Shown here in pieces: positions 14,829-26,128 of a stretch of DNA of 44,165 bases. Position numbers and translations under genes: made by a program. The notes beneath the pieces were generated by a model that searched no databases, was not told where the DNA came from, and saw only the letters and a list, made by a program, of their open reading frames with translations. The stretch comes from an uncultured Candidatus Saccharibacteria bacterium (GTDB lineage Bacteria; Patescibacteriota; Minisyncoccia; Phycocordibacterales; Phycocordibacteraceae), in contig CAZDPG010000001.1 of assembly GCA_964507275.1 (NCBI GenBank), positions 613,555 to 657,719 on the forward strand, written 5' to 3'. Every line of letters starts with the position of its first letter. The stretch's first letter is position 1.

Positions 14829-17800
14829 ATGTCCGATGTTCCAGACAAATCAGAGGCGGCGAAGCGCGAAGAGGCTGTGCTTGCGTTCTGGGAACGTGAG
14901 CGCATCTTCGAAAAGTCGCTTGAAAAGGAGTCTCCTAAGGGCGATTTTGTATTCTACGAGGGCCCGCCAACCGCCAATGGCAAGCCGGGTATTCATCACC
15001 TTGAGGCGCGCGCTTTCAAGGATGCCATCCCACGCTACAAGACGATGCGCGGCTACCGGGTGAACCGTCGTGCTGGTTGGGACACTCACGGCCTCCCGGT
15101 CGAGCTCCAAGTCGAGAAGGAGCTCGGCTTCACTGGTAAGCCTGATATTGAGAAGTACGGCATCGCGCCTTTTAATAAGAAGTGCCGTGAGAGTGTGTTT
15201 ACGTATATCGACCTGTGGGCGAAGTTCACGAAGCGTATGGGCTACTGGGTCGATGAGACAAAGGCGTACTTCACTTTCGACAGTGCATACATGGAGGTGC
15301 TCTGGTATCTTTTCGCGCAGACGGCGAAAGATAAGCGGCTCTACAAGGACTACCGAATAGTCCCGTGGTGTCCGCGCTGTGGGACAGCGCTCTCGTCGCA
15401 TGAGCTTGCGCAAGGATATGAGGACGTGAAAGATCTGACGATTATGGCGAAGTTTGAAATTGTCGATGAACCTGGGACGTATCTCCTCGCATGGACGACG
15501 ACACCATGGACGCTCCCAGGGAATGTTGCGCTTGCGGTCGGGCCGGCGATTTCTTACGGAAAGTATGAAAAAGAAGGTGAGCACGTCATTCTCGCTGATG
15601 CGCGTGCGCAGGCTGTACTTGGCGAAGGATGGAAGCGCAGTGAAGATGTTTCAGGGGTGTCGCTCATAGGGAAGACCTACAGACCCCTCTACGACTTCGC
15701 AAAGAACCTCGCACCAGAGGGTGAGAAGGCGAAGTTCGATAAAGCATTCCAGGTATACGCCGCAGACTTCGTCACGACGGAGGACGGTACGGGCATCGTG
15801 CACACTGCCGTGATGTACGGGCAGGAAGACTTCGAGATGGGGAATACGATCGGCTTGCCGAAGGTGCATCTCGTGAATCCCGAAGGGCACTTTATTACTG
15901 GCACCGGCTTCCTCGAAGGTCGTTTCGTAAGTGATGATGACGTGACGGTCGACATCGTGAAAGATCTTGCCGGACGCGGGCTGCTCTTCGCGAAAGAGAA
16001 ATACGAACACTCATATCCATTCTGCTGGCGCTGCAAGACGCGACTCATCTACTACGCACGCGACTCGTGGTACATTCGCATGTCTGATCTGCGTGAGAAG
16101 CTTGTCGCCGAGAATCAAAAGGTGCATTGGGAGCCGGGGTACATCCGCGATGGGCGAATGGGCGAATGGCTCGCGAATGCCAAGGATTGGGCAATCAGTC
16201 GTGAGCGCTATTGGGGAACACCGATGCCGATATGGCAGAGTGCCGATGAGAGCGAACAGATTGTCATCGACTCGGTCGATATGTTGAAGCAGTATACGAA
16301 GAGAAGCGGCAACACATATGTCGTCATGCGGCACGGAGAAGCGGAGAGCAACACAAAAGATATCGTAAGCTGCGACCGGGAAGGGAATCATCTCACCGAA
16401 AAAGGGAAAGAAGAAGTACACCAGACGGCCTCCAAGATGAAGAGCTCCAGTATCGATGTGATCTATACGTCTCCCTTGATGCGCGCACGCGAAACGGCGG
16501 AGATTATGGCAGACTCGCTCGGCATCCCGCGCTCGGCAATCATCGTCGACGATCGTCTGCGAGAACTTGATTTGGGGGCGTTTTCAGGTAAGCCATTCGC
16601 GGAATTTGCCGCCTATCGCGATACCGCTGCCGTTAACTTCACCGAACCCTTCCCTGGAGGTGCGAGCTATGCAGATGCTAAACGTCGTTTTGGCGAGTTT
16701 TTGTATGAAGTTGAATCGACGGTGCGGGATAGTCGTGTACTCATCGTGACGCATGGTGTGGGATTGGATTCTCTTGCCACGGTATGTGCAGGTGGCGATG
16801 CTGTCGCCCTAAGAGAGACCGTATACGGGAATGATTTCAGGAATGATTCCCAAACGGCAGTCATACGCGAACTCGATTTCACTCCACTTCCGCACAATGA
16901 TGAGTACGAGCTCGATCTGCACCGGCCGTATATCGACGATGTTGTGCTTGTTTCAGAAAAGGGAACAGAACTGCACCGAGTGAAAGAGGTGATGGACGTG
17001 TGGTTCGATTCCGGTGCGATGCCATTCGCACAAGCGGCGAAAGAGCGCGGTACTAAGTCACTCGATGCCTTCATCAAGAGTGTTGAATACCCAGCGGATT
17101 TCATCAGTGAAGCTATCGACCAGACGCGCGGTTGGTTCTACACCCTGCTCGCAATCGGGATGCTCTCTGGAAGGGGTGCAGCGTTCAAGAATGCGATCTC
17201 ACTCGGGCACCTGCTCGATGCGCAGGGACAGAAGATGAGCAAGTCGAGAGGCAATGTCGTCGATCCGTGGGATGAGATCGAGAAATGGGGTGTCGATGCG
17301 CTCCGATTCTGGATGTACAGCGTGACGCAGCCGGGAGATTCGAAGAATTATGACGAGAAGACCGTAAAAGAAGCGGCAAAAGTGCTCTCATGGCTCGACA
17401 ATAGCGCGAAGTTCTACGAGATGTTCAAGGATGTTCCCCAAAAGGAAACAGTCACGGCAATCATCGACCGCTGGATGCAGGCACGAACAAACGAGACGAT
17501 AGCGGACGTGACCAAGCATATGGACGAGTATCGACCATTCGAAGCGACGCGCACTATCGCCAGACTCTCTGAGGATCTCTCGCAATGGTATGTCCGCCGT
17601 ATCCGCGACCGCGTACGCCTTGGCGACGCAGCTGCGCTCAGGACGCTTCGTGAGACGCTCCGTACCATTGCACTCCTGCTCGCGCCGTTCGCGCCATTCC
17701 TTGCCGAAGATATGTATCAGAAAGTGAAGAGCGAGAATGACCAAACGAGCGTACATCTTGCTGATTGGCCAGTCGCGAAGTCTCAATTCAGTATCACTGC

Positions 17801-18218
17801 CCTCTTCGGTAGTGATAAGGATGAGACCCTTATTGTTCACATGGCACGTGTGCGTTCCCTTGCCTCAGAAGCGTTGCAGTTACGTCAGAAGGCAGGTATC
17901 AAGGTGCGTCAGCCGCTCGCGAAGCTTCTAGTGCCTAATGCACTTACGTCCGAGCTTGCGCAGATTCTCGCTGAAGAAGTGAACGTGAAGCAGGTTGTTT
18001 TTGGTAGTGCTGCGATTGAGCTCGACACAACGCTCACTCCAGAACTTATCAAGGAAGGAGATGATCGCGAGATGGCAAGTGCGATTGCTCAAGCGCGCAA
18101 AGCCGAAGAACTATCACCATCCGACATAGTGCATCCGCGTATGCATGAAGGAGGGAAGTATGGTGCGTCGCTCTCGACCGGCATGGTGAAGTTCGATCTC
18201 GAGCGCGATGCGGCATAA
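14829..18218 (+). CDS. ileS: Isoleucine--tRNA ligase carrying an in-frame histidine-phosphatase-like domain insertion
   Basis: [12 protein letters not shown] (HIGH region), the CP1 editing region ([11 protein letters not shown]), KMSKSRGN. There is extra sequence of about 200 aa between WGTPMPIW and LHRPYIDD. Confidence 0.95.
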   Translation: MSDVPDKSEAAKREEAVLAFWERERIFEKSLEKESPKGDFVFYEGPPTANGKPGIHHLEARAFKDAIPRYKTMRGYRVNRRAGWDTHGLPVELQVEKELGFTGKPDIEKYGIAPFNKKCRESVFTYIDLWAKFTKRMGYWVDETKAYFTFDSAYMEVLWYLFAQTAKDKRLYKDYRIVPWCPRCGTALSSHELAQGYEDVKDLTIMAKFEIVDEPGTYLLAWTTTPWTLPGNVALAVGPAISYGKYEKEGEHVILADARAQAVLGEGWKRSEDVSGVSLIGKTYRPLYDFAKNLAPEGEKAKFDKAFQVYAADFVTTEDGTGIVHTAVMYGQEDFEMGNTIGLPKVHLVNPEGHFITGTGFLEGRFVSDDDVTVDIVKDLAGRGLLFAKEKYEHSYPFCWRCKTRLIYYARDSWYIRMSDLREKLVAENQKVHWEPGYIRDGRMGEWLANAKDWAISRERYWGTPMPIWQSADESEQIVIDSVDMLKQYTKRSGNTYVVMRHGEAESNTKDIVSCDREGNHLTEKGKEEVHQTASKMKSSSIDVIYTSPLMRARETAEIMADSLGIPRSAIIVDDRLRELDLGAFSGKPFAEFAAYRDTAAVNFTEPFPGGASYADAKRRFGEFLYEVESTVRDSRVLIVTHGVGLDSLATVCAGGDAVALRETVYGNDFRNDSQTAVIRELDFTPLPHNDEYELDLHRPYIDDVVLVSEKGTELHRVKEVMDVWFDSGAMPFAQAAKERGTKSLDAFIKSVEYPADFISEAIDQTRGWFYTLLAIGMLSGRGAAFKNAISLGHLLDAQGQKMSKSRGNVVDPWDEIEKWGVDALRFWMYSVTQPGDSKNYDEKTVKEAAKVLSWLDNSAKFYEMFKDVPQKETVTAIIDRWMQARTNETIADVTKHMDEYRPFEATRTIARLSEDLSQWYVRRIRDRVRLGDAAALRTLRETLRTIALLLAPFAPFLAEDMYQKVKSENDQTSVHLADWPVAKSQFSITALFGSDKDETLIVHMARVRSLASEALQLRQKAGIKVRQPLAKLLVPNALTSELAQILAEEVNVKQVVFGSAAIELDTTLTPELIKEGDDREMASAIAQARKAEELSPSDIVHPRMHEGGKYGASLSTGMVKFDLERDAA
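16311..16800 (+). other. Histidine phosphatase (phosphoglycerate-mutase superfamily) domain embedded in IleRS
   Basis: [12 protein letters not shown] (RHG at 16329-16337), [21 protein letters not shown] and LIVTHG (His at 16752-16754). All four canonical catalytic positions are present and in frame with ileS. Confidence 0.75.
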
Positions 18219-18780
18219 ATACGATACTCGGGGAGTAGTGCTCGCACGGACGCATGCGGGCGAGGCAAATACGTTTGTTACGCTGCTTACGCCCGATCTC
18301 GGTCTCGTGCATGCGCGGGCACAAAGCTTGCGGAAACCCGGCGCAAAGCTTGCCGCGGGACTCACGACCCTCGCGGAAAGTGAGGTCATGCTGGTGCGCG
18401 GGAAGGAAGGGTGGCGCATCGCCGGAGCTCTTTTGGGAGAGAATTGGTTTGCGCGTCTCGGGTCGGTGTCGGCACGGGATCGCGCATCGCGCGTCTCCGG
18501 ACTTTTCTTACGACTCGTCGCAGGCGAGATGCAAAACCCGGAACTCTTCTCAATTATGAAGGGGTTCCTCGAGGCACTGGCAACCCTTCCCGAGGATAAA
18601 CATGAGGCCATCGAGATACTCATGGTGCTCCGTACACTCGCCGTACTCGGCCTCGATGCGGGGGATATCCCCGGCGGCGATGAGATTTCTTTCGCGCCGC
18701 CTATTCTTGCGGATATACTCAACGCCCGGACGGGCTACGTCGCGCGCATTAATAAGGGGATCACTGCTTCCGGTCTCTGA
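18208..18780 (+). CDS. recO: DNA repair protein RecO (short form)
   Basis: N-terminal OB-fold pattern [46 protein letters not shown]. The start overlaps the ileS stop by 11 nt. Confidence 0.75.
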   Translation: MRHKYDTRGVVLARTHAGEANTFVTLLTPDLGLVHARAQSLRKPGAKLAAGLTTLAESEVMLVRGKEGWRIAGALLGENWFARLGSVSARDRASRVSGLFLRLVAGEMQNPELFSIMKGFLEALATLPEDKHEAIEILMVLRTLAVLGLDAGDIPGGDEISFAPPILADILNARTGYVARINKGITASGL

Positions 18781-18800
18781 ACTCTTGTATACTGACAGTC

Positions 18801-20687
18801 ATGTATCAGCGTCCTGAAGGAGAAGACGATAGAGGCTCGCTCGAACGCGTGCGCGAATCTCTGTATGGCCATGACGCTCCTACGCGCGAGCGTGTGCCAT
18901 ACCGTGCGCCAGACGAGGAAGCGCACCAGCACGAGTGGGAAGAGCAAGAGCTCCCGAAAGTGTCAGAGCAGCACGGGAAACGGCACGTGCGTCTCGCGAG
19001 CATATTCTTCGGTGCGGCGGTCGCTTTCTTCCTACTGTCGCTCGCCGTGGCGGGCTACTTTTTCTACTTCGGCAGTAACTCGGTTTCGGTAGACAAGATC
19101 ACGATTGATGTCGTCGGCCCAACGACGATTGCCGGTGGGGATACCGTCCCGCTCTCTATTACCATCACGAATAAGAATCCGGTCGCGCTGGAGAATGCGA
19201 TTATCGAGATTGATTTCCCTGAGGGGACACGCAGTGCATTGAATAAGCTCAGTCCATATCCGCGCTACATAGAGAATCTCGGGACGCTCGCGAGCGGGGA
19301 AACGATAACGCGTTCGGTGAAAGCAGTCGTGTTCGGTGGGGCAGGACAGACGCTTGTCCTTCCGATCACTTTTTCTTTCGGTACGACGAATTCGAATGCT
19401 ATCTTCGAGAAGAAGTCCTCCTATCCGCTCACTATTTCTTCAACGCCGCTTTCGGTCTCGGTAGATTCGCTTACAGAGACCGTCTCTGGAGAGCCGATCA
19501 CATTCATGCTTACGGTCCGTTCAAATGCAACGGTACCACTTGCGAATGTCGTCCTCTCCGTGCCGTCTCCATTCGGGTTCTCGGTCACGTCATCATCGAT
19601 TCCTCTTAGTGATTCGGTGCTCTTCATCGGGACGCTCCTACCGGGCGCAAGCAAACAGATAACGCTTACCGGGACGCTCTCCGGACAGAACAATGAACAA
19701 CGTGTCTTTCATTTTACGGTCGGCACGGCGAAGTCCTCTCAGGACCATGAGCTTTCGGTCGCCTACATGACCCAGGACGCGACGGTTTCGATTGCCGCTC
19801 CCTTCATTACGACGACACTCGCGCTGAATGGGGACACTTCGAAAAATGTCGTCATCACACCGGGAAGCCCACAAAGTGTCACGCTGTCGTACTCAAATAC
19901 ATTGTCGACAACCGTGACGAATGCCTCAATCGTCGTTACGGTTTCAGGCTCGGCAATCGATTATGACAGCATCCGGACGACGAACGGGTTCTATAACTCA
20001 TCGGATCACACGGTCGTGTTCAGCAGAGAAACTGATCCTGCGCTCGCATCACTTGCCCCTGGTGCTTCTGGTATCGGCACGTTCACCTTCCTCACACTCC
20101 CGGTCGGCACACTCACGCCGACAGTCACGCTTGCCCTCTCTGTCTCTGGCACGCGCGTGGGGCAATCGAATGTACCGGAGCAAGTGACCGTCTCTGCTGT
20201 GAAGACAGCAAAGGTCGCGACGACCGCCGTCCTTTCGGCGTTCTCCTCCCATACCGCAGGTGCGTTCGGCTCGAGTGGGCCGATTCCTCCGCGTGCTAAT
20301 CAAGCTACTACCTATACGGTCGTGTGGAACGTGCAGAATAAAGGGAGTGCAATCGCTGGAGGTACCGTGTCGGCGTCATTACCAAGCTACGTCTCGTATA
20401 CCGGAAAGGCCTCTGGGACCGGTGCATTCTCGTATGACGACGTGTCTCGTGTAGTTACCTGGAATGTCGGAGATCTTGCACAAGGAGCGAGTACACAGGG
20501 CATTTTCCAAGTCTCGCTCACGCCATCGACCTCGCAGCGTGGAGGCATCGTATCTCTCACTGGTGAGGCCACGTTCTCCGGTCATGACCGTTTCGCGGGC
20601 GTGACGGTCACCGCAGGAGTTGAGCCGGTGACGACCGAGACGAAGGGCGATGTAGGGTATGTCTCCGGGAACGGAATTGTCCAATAA
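18801..20687 (+). CDS. Hypothetical single-pass membrane protein with a large Ser/Thr/Val-rich beta-type ectodomain
   Basis: TM segment LASIFFGAAVAFFLLSLAVAGYFFYF followed by about 530 aa of beta-strand-like sequence. TGTATACT at 18786-18793 lies 7 nt before the ATG. Confidence 0.7.
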   Translation: MYQRPEGEDDRGSLERVRESLYGHDAPTRERVPYRAPDEEAHQHEWEEQELPKVSEQHGKRHVRLASIFFGAAVAFFLLSLAVAGYFFYFGSNSVSVDKITIDVVGPTTIAGGDTVPLSITITNKNPVALENAIIEIDFPEGTRSALNKLSPYPRYIENLGTLASGETITRSVKAVVFGGAGQTLVLPITFSFGTTNSNAIFEKKSSYPLTISSTPLSVSVDSLTETVSGEPITFMLTVRSNATVPLANVVLSVPSPFGFSVTSSSIPLSDSVLFIGTLLPGASKQITLTGTLSGQNNEQRVFHFTVGTAKSSQDHELSVAYMTQDATVSIAAPFITTTLALNGDTSKNVVITPGSPQSVTLSYSNTLSTTVTNASIVVTVSGSAIDYDSIRTTNGFYNSSDHTVVFSRETDPALASLAPGASGIGTFTFLTLPVGTLTPTVTLALSVSGTRVGQSNVPEQVTVSAVKTAKVATTAVLSAFSSHTAGAFGSSGPIPPRANQATTYTVVWNVQNKGSAIAGGTVSASLPSYVSYTGKASGTGAFSYDDVSRVVTWNVGDLAQGASTQGIFQVSLTPSTSQRGGIVSLTGEATFSGHDRFAGVTVTAGVEPVTTETKGDVGYVSGNGIVQ

Positions 20688-20711
20688 AGTACAGTAACGT
20701 ATAGTCATCCC

Positions 20712-22037
20712 ATGAACGATCAGAATCTGATGGAGAAGATTGTTTCGCTCGCCAAGCGCCGCGGCTTTATATTCCCTGGGTCTGAGATCTATGGCGGTCT
20801 CGCCGGTACCTTCGATTACGGCCCGATGGGCGTCGCCCTCAAGGAGAACGTGGAACATCTCTGGTTGCAGATGTTCCGTGATGACCGCGACGATATGTAT
20901 GGTGTCGACGCTGCGATACTCATGAATCCGAAGATATGGGAGGCATCTGGTCACGTATCCGGATTCTCCGATCCTCTCGTCGAGTGCCAGAAGTGTAAGC
21001 GGCGCTTCCGTGCGGATCATCTTGAGGATAAAGACAAATGCCCCGAATGCGAAGGTAATCTCGGGGAGGCGCGTCAATTCAATATGATGTTCAAGACGCA
21101 TGCCGGCGCGATGGAGGACGAGTCTGCCGTCGTGTACCTGCGTCCCGAAACTGCCGGAGGTATCTTCGCTAATTTCAAGAATGTCGTTGACTCGCTCCAT
21201 CCGAAGCTCCCGTTCGGCATCGCGCAGATAGGGAAGGCGTTCCGCAACGAGATCGCACCGCGCGATTTCATCTTCCGTCTCCGCGAGCTCTCGCAGATGG
21301 AAGTCGAGTACTTCGTACCTCAATCTGAATGGGAGCAGGCATTCGAGGAGTGGCGCAAGCTGATGCATCTCTTTGCGGCCGCAATCGGCCTCCCTGAAAG
21401 CATGGTGCACGAGCTTGAGGTCGAAGCTGCGGATCGGGCACATTACAGCACGCGCACCATCGATTTCGAATTCGACTATCCTTTCGGGCGGAAAGAGCTC
21501 TGGGGCCTCGCGTATCGCGGTGACTTCGACCTCTCGGCCCATGAGAAGGGGGCGAATGTATCGCTCGGCTATCTTGACGAGGAGACGAAAGAAAAAGTCA
21601 TTCCGCATGTCATTGAACCGTCGCTTGGTGTTGATCGTACGGTTCTTGCCATCCTCGCGAGTGCATACCGTGAAGACGAAATTGGCGGGGAAGTGCGCAC
21701 TTATCTCGCCCTTGCGCCGAGGGTGGCTCCCGTGAAGGCGATGGTGTCGCCTTTGTTGAAGAACAAGCCCGAGCTTGTCCTAAAGGCACGCGAAGTACGT
21801 GCTGAATTGAAGAAAGTGCACCCAGCCATCGCCTGGGATGATAACGGCAACATCGGCAAGCGTTACCGCCGCCAGGATGAAATTGGGACACCGTTTTGCA
21901 TCACCATCGACTTCGATACCCTCGGTGAGAATCCAGACCTAAAGGATACGGTTACGCTCCGTCATCGCGATACTGGTGAGCAAGAACGCCTCACTATTGC
22001 TGAGGCTGCCAATCGCATCCGTCAGTCGATTTCGTAA
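20712..22037 (+). CDS. glyQS: Glycine--tRNA ligase (dimeric alpha2 type)
   Basis: IVSLAKRRGFIFPGSEIYGGLAGTFDYGPMGVALKENV and the class II motifs (FRNEIAPRDFIFRLRELSQME). Confidence 0.95.
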   Translation: MNDQNLMEKIVSLAKRRGFIFPGSEIYGGLAGTFDYGPMGVALKENVEHLWLQMFRDDRDDMYGVDAAILMNPKIWEASGHVSGFSDPLVECQKCKRRFRADHLEDKDKCPECEGNLGEARQFNMMFKTHAGAMEDESAVVYLRPETAGGIFANFKNVVDSLHPKLPFGIAQIGKAFRNEIAPRDFIFRLRELSQMEVEYFVPQSEWEQAFEEWRKLMHLFAAAIGLPESMVHELEVEAADRAHYSTRTIDFEFDYPFGRKELWGLAYRGDFDLSAHEKGANVSLGYLDEETKEKVIPHVIEPSLGVDRTVLAILASAYREDEIGGEVRTYLALAPRVAPVKAMVSPLLKNKPELVLKAREVRAELKKVHPAIAWDDNGNIGKRYRRQDEIGTPFCITIDFDTLGENPDLKDTVTLRHRDTGEQERLTIAEAANRIRQSIS

Positions 22038-22095
22038 CTCCTTGTGCTCACTCGTCGCGGCTGTCTGGCTGGTATTTTCATGCTAGGATGCCGAT

Positions 22096-23148
22096 ATGGA
22101 TAAAGAGATTCGTGTCTCTATTACGTCGGGTACGGTCGCCACAGCGCTCTTCATAATCGCCGGCGCGTATGTCCTTTGGCTACTTCGCGACCTGGTGCTC
22201 CTCGTACTTACGGCTATCATCATTGCCTCGGCAATCGAGCCTGAGATTGCCTTCCTCATCCGGCATCGTATACCGCGCTTTTTCGCGGCCATCCTGATGT
22301 ACGTGATTCTTTTCGGCTCTGTCTTTGCGCTCCTGTACTTCTTCTTTCCTCCGATTATTGCTGATGCCGCCGAATTCCTTTCCGCAATGCCGCGCTATAT
22401 CGAAGCGATAAACGCATCGAGTTCCTTCTCGAATATCACAAGCGCATCGAACCTCGTCGGAAGCTCGCATGACTTACAGTCGTTCGTGCAGACGCTTTTC
22501 TCACTCCAGTCTCTGTTCACAGAGAGCTCGGGTAGTCTCGTGCAGTTCATCGTCACCTTCTTCGGTGGCATCTTCTCACTCCTTCTTGTCATTGTGCTTT
22601 CCTTCTACTTTGCCTTGCAGGATACTGGTGTCGATGATTTCCTCCGTTTGGTAATGCCCGTGGCATACGAGGACTATTCAGTCGATCTCTGGAAGCGCGC
22701 GCAGAAGAAGATCGGTCTCTGGATGCAGGGACAGATACTTCTCTCACTTCTTGTGGCGGTGCTCGTCTATATGGGCCTGCTCATCATCGGCATACCGTAT
22801 GCGCTTCTTCTCTCCGTCTTCACTGCGCTCGCAGAGATCATTCCTATTTTCGGCTCACTTCTCGCCGGAACGGTTGCGGTCATCGTCGCCTTCTCGAATG
22901 GAGGCGTCGCGCTTGGCGCCATCGTGTTCGGACTGTATGTGGTGGTGAATCAGTTCGAATCGAACCTTATCTATCCGCTCATCGTGAAGAAGGTCGTCGG
23001 CGTCCCGCCACTCCTCGTCATCGTCGCGCTTATCGCAGGCTACACGCTTGCGGGATTCCTCGGTGCTCTGCTCTCAGTGCCAGTGGCGGCGGTTATGCTG
23101 GAGCTTATTACTGACTTCGACAAGCGTAAGCGCAAGCTGCATGCTTAG
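22096..23148 (+). CDS. AI-2E family (PerM/UPF0118) transporter
   Basis: About 8 TM segments and a family-typical layout. TGcTAGGAT at 22081-22089 lies 6 nt before the ATG. Confidence 0.8.
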   Translation: MDKEIRVSITSGTVATALFIIAGAYVLWLLRDLVLLVLTAIIIASAIEPEIAFLIRHRIPRFFAAILMYVILFGSVFALLYFFFPPIIADAAEFLSAMPRYIEAINASSSFSNITSASNLVGSSHDLQSFVQTLFSLQSLFTESSGSLVQFIVTFFGGIFSLLLVIVLSFYFALQDTGVDDFLRLVMPVAYEDYSVDLWKRAQKKIGLWMQGQILLSLLVAVLVYMGLLIIGIPYALLLSVFTALAEIIPIFGSLLAGTVAVIVAFSNGGVALGAIVFGLYVVVNQFESNLIYPLIVKKVVGVPPLLVIVALIAGYTLAGFLGALLSVPVAAVMLELITDFDKRKRKLHA

Positions 23149-23154
23149 GGGTAT

Positions 23155-24576
23155 ATGAATCGCTATATCACTACCACGCTGCCGTACGTGAATGCTGATC
23201 CGCACATCGGCTTCGCGCTTGAAGCGGTGCAGGCGGATGTTCTCGCTCGTGCATGGCGGGCGCAGGGCGATACAGTCTTTTTCTCGACTGGTACGGATGA
23301 GCACGGGCAGAAGATATTCGAAGCCGCGCAGAGAGCGGGGCAGGATACCAAAGCGTACGTCGATCACTATGCCGCTGAGTTCCAGAAGCTGAAGGATGCC
23401 CTCAATCTTTCAAACGACACGTTCGTCCGCACGACCGACCCGGCACATGTCAAAGCCGCACAAGAGATTTGGCGACGCTGTGCAGAGAATGGGGACATTT
23501 ATAAGAAGACCTACACCGGCCTCTACTGCGTCGGTTGCGAATCATTCAAGACGGAGAAAGAGGTCATCGATGGGAAGTGTCCATTGCATCCGAACGCAGA
23601 GCTCAAGGAAGTTGCGGAAGAGAACTATTTCTTCAAGTTCTCTAACTACCAAGAGAAGCTTCTTGCATATCTGGCGCGACCGGACGTCATTATCCCCGAA
23701 TGGCGGCGCACGGAGGCAATCAATTTTGTGAAAGGCGGTCTTGAAGATTTCAGCATTTCGCGCGAATCATCGAGGCTGTCGTGGGGCATCCCGGTTCCTG
23801 GCGACGAGTCGCAGGTGATGTATGTATGGTTCGATGCACTTACGAATTACATCTCGACCCTAGGGTGGCCTGAAGGTGCCGATGGAAACTTTAAGAAGTT
23901 TTGGGAAGACGGACGGACGCTGCAAGTGGCAGGGAAAGACCAGGTGCGTTTTCAGTCTCTCATGTGGCAGGCGATGCTCATGTCTGCGGATATAAAGAAT
24001 ACGGACTCCGTCTTCTATCACGGCTTCATCACCTCGGGCGGACAGAAGATGAGCAAGTCACTCGGAAATGTCATCAACCCACTCAGTCTTGTCGAAGAGT
24101 ACGGTGCTGATGTTGTGCGCTATGTACTCCTACGGCACGTGAGCTCGGCCGAGGATTCCGACCTGACACTCGATGCCATCCGCGAGCACTACACCGCGCA
24201 TCTCACGAACGGCCTCGGCAATCTCGTTGCGCGCGTGATGAAGCTTGCCGAGGCGCACTTGGATGAGTCTGTACGGATCGAAGCGATGCCTACACCTCGT
24301 GAATTTATACATGCGATCGACTCGTTCGAATTCAATAAGGCGATGGATATCATCTGGTCGCGCATCACTGCGCTCGATGAACGCATCACGAATGAGAAGC
24401 CGTTCGCTGTCGTGAAAGAAGACGAAGAGAAGGGTCGTACCCTTATCGGCGAGCTCGTGGTTGAGGTGTATCAAATCGGATGGCTCCTTGCTCCTTTTAT
24501 GCCAGGCACGAGCGAAGAGGTCATGAAGGCGGTCCTAATCAATAAGAAGCCTGAGAATCTTTTCCCAAGACTGTAA
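23155..24576 (+). CDS. metG: Methionine--tRNA ligase (short form)
   Basis: LPYVNADPHIGFALE (HIGH region) and KMSKSLGNVI. Confidence 0.95.
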   Translation: MNRYITTTLPYVNADPHIGFALEAVQADVLARAWRAQGDTVFFSTGTDEHGQKIFEAAQRAGQDTKAYVDHYAAEFQKLKDALNLSNDTFVRTTDPAHVKAAQEIWRRCAENGDIYKKTYTGLYCVGCESFKTEKEVIDGKCPLHPNAELKEVAEENYFFKFSNYQEKLLAYLARPDVIIPEWRRTEAINFVKGGLEDFSISRESSRLSWGIPVPGDESQVMYVWFDALTNYISTLGWPEGADGNFKKFWEDGRTLQVAGKDQVRFQSLMWQAMLMSADIKNTDSVFYHGFITSGGQKMSKSLGNVINPLSLVEEYGADVVRYVLLRHVSSAEDSDLTLDAIREHYTAHLTNGLGNLVARVMKLAEAHLDESVRIEAMPTPREFIHAIDSFEFNKAMDIIWSRITALDERITNEKPFAVVKEDEEKGRTLIGELVVEVYQIGWLLAPFMPGTSEEVMKAVLINKKPENLFPRL

Positions 24577-24580
24577 GGCC

Positions 24581-25381
24581 ATGGACACACGGTATATCGA
24601 CGCGCATTGCCACCTGCAGTTTGAGCAGTACGATGACAACCGGGAAGATATAATCGAACAGATGCGCGAGCAGGGGATTGCAGGGGTTGTCGTCGGTTGC
24701 GACCTTGAATCGTCAAGAAAGGCCGTCGAGCTCGCGGAAGCGCATGAGCATCTTTATGCCTCAGTCGGCCTGCATCCTAGTCATGCATCCGATGAGCAGT
24801 TTGATGCAGCGGCATATCGTGCACTCGCACAGAGCTCGAAGGTCGTCGCGGTCGGGGAATGCGGTCTCGATTTCTTTAGGCCGCTCGCGCTTACTGACGA
24901 GGTGAAAGAGAAACAAAGGATGCTCTTCACCGAGCAGATCACTCTTGCCGCCGAATTGGGGTTGCCACTCATTGTCCATGCACGACCATCAAAAGGGACG
25001 CAGGATGCATATCAAGAAGTCATTGCGATCTTGCGAGAAGCAAAATTGAGATGGCCAGACCTACGTGGCGACAGTCATTTCTTCGTCGGTGGGATACATG
25101 AAGCGGAGGCGCTCCAGGCGCTTGATTTCACTCTTTCCTTTACTGCGGTTATTACTTTTGCTCGCGATTATGATGCAGTCATCCGCGCCGCATCTCTTTC
25201 GAATATTCTCGCAGAAACCGATGCTCCATATGTCGCTCCTGTAAGCCGCCGCGGAGAGCGGAATGACCCGCTCGCTGTCATCGAAGTCGTCGCCACGCTG
25301 GCAGAAATACGTGGCGAAGACATAGAATCGATCCGGCTCGCTCTTCTCGAGAACTCTCGTCGCATGTTTGTGCTACGATAA
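24581..25381 (+). CDS. tatD: TatD-family metal-dependent hydrolase
   Basis: YIDAHCHL, GECGLDF, VHAR and ETDAPY motifs. Confidence 0.9.
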   Translation: MDTRYIDAHCHLQFEQYDDNREDIIEQMREQGIAGVVVGCDLESSRKAVELAEAHEHLYASVGLHPSHASDEQFDAAAYRALAQSSKVVAVGECGLDFFRPLALTDEVKEKQRMLFTEQITLAAELGLPLIVHARPSKGTQDAYQEVIAILREAKLRWPDLRGDSHFFVGGIHEAEALQALDFTLSFTAVITFARDYDAVIRAASLSNILAETDAPYVAPVSRRGERNDPLAVIEVVATLAEIRGEDIESIRLALLENSRRMFVLR

Positions 25382-25442
25382 CGTCACCATGGGTCTCGAG
25401 TTCCCGCGCGCAGAGGATAAGAAGGACATCTCTCAAAAAAAG

Positions 25443-26087
25443 ATGAGTCTTCTCAGTGCGGCGGCATTTGCGGCTACGCTCTCCGGACTCGTTCCGAACG
25501 CTGCTGAAGCAGGTGGATTTGCCGAACAGAAAGTGCCGGAAGTCGCTCGCGTCGAACAGGATCTGCATGCTTCCGGCTTGCCTGACGTACGGCTGAAGTT
25601 CGGGAAGTCGATCGTGCCCCAGATCACCCTGTTCAAAGGGAACAGGGAAATCGATTCGAAATACGGTAATCCTGCGGAGACGCTAAAATTCTTCCAGAAT
25701 CCTCGTCGTGTCGCATTTGAGGTAGGGTATAAGAATCAGTACAAAAAGATTATGGACGACGTCTCCGGGACGGAGGTCTATATCAATGACTATGCTCTTG
25801 CCGTCATGAAGCATCTCGGGGTGCGCTACTTAAACGGCGTCATCTCCCTTCAGCACGGTTTCCCGATTGACTTGCACGGAGAACCTGGAGAGGAGAACAC
25901 GAAAGCGGAATTGTACGGTGTCTTCCTCGAAGACCGTCTCATCGCTTGCGTCGTCGAGAAGAAGACCGAGGCTCCGCGCGCGTACTCAATCTCTGTCGGC
26001 GGGAAGGGGTTTTCAGTAGAAGAACAGTCCATTGCCGAAGCTCGACGCTCTTGCTCGGGTATGTCCGAATCGGAGCCTAAGAAGTGA
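25443..26087 (+). CDS. Hypothetical secreted protein (start uncertain: 25389 or 25443)
   Basis: Signal-peptide-like MSLLSAAAFAATLSGLVPNAAEA. No other motif. Confidence 0.5.
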   Translation: MSLLSAAAFAATLSGLVPNAAEAGGFAEQKVPEVARVEQDLHASGLPDVRLKFGKSIVPQITLFKGNREIDSKYGNPAETLKFFQNPRRVAFEVGYKNQYKKIMDDVSGTEVYINDYALAVMKHLGVRYLNGVISLQHGFPIDLHGEPGEENTKAELYGVFLEDRLIACVVEKKTEAPRAYSISVGGKGFSVEEQSIAEARRSCSGMSESEPKK

Positions 26088-26090
26088 AGC

Positions 26091-26119
26091 TTGTCTTCGG
26101 TTTGCTAGCGTGCTAGGAT
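26091..26119 (+). promoter_or_regulatory. Promoter of rpsF-ssb-rpsR
   Basis: TTGTCT at 26091-26096, a 17-nt spacer ending in TG-c, then TAGGAT at 26114-26119, 9 nt before ATG 26129. Confidence 0.45.
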
Positions 26120-26128
26120 GCGGGAATT

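Noticed and set aside
16300-16910. Intein or mobile insertion in ileS
   Set aside because: There are no Cys/Ser/Thr-...-His-Asn junction residues and no homing-endonuclease motifs. The insert instead has a complete histidine-phosphatase motif set, so it is a domain insertion rather than a self-splicing element.
20379-21608. 409-aa ORF on the minus strand
   Set aside because: It lies entirely antisense to the well-supported glyQS gene and the end of the upstream surface-protein gene. Its translation is Arg/Leu/Glu-biased with no motif, which is the typical shadow ORF of a GC-rich coding region.
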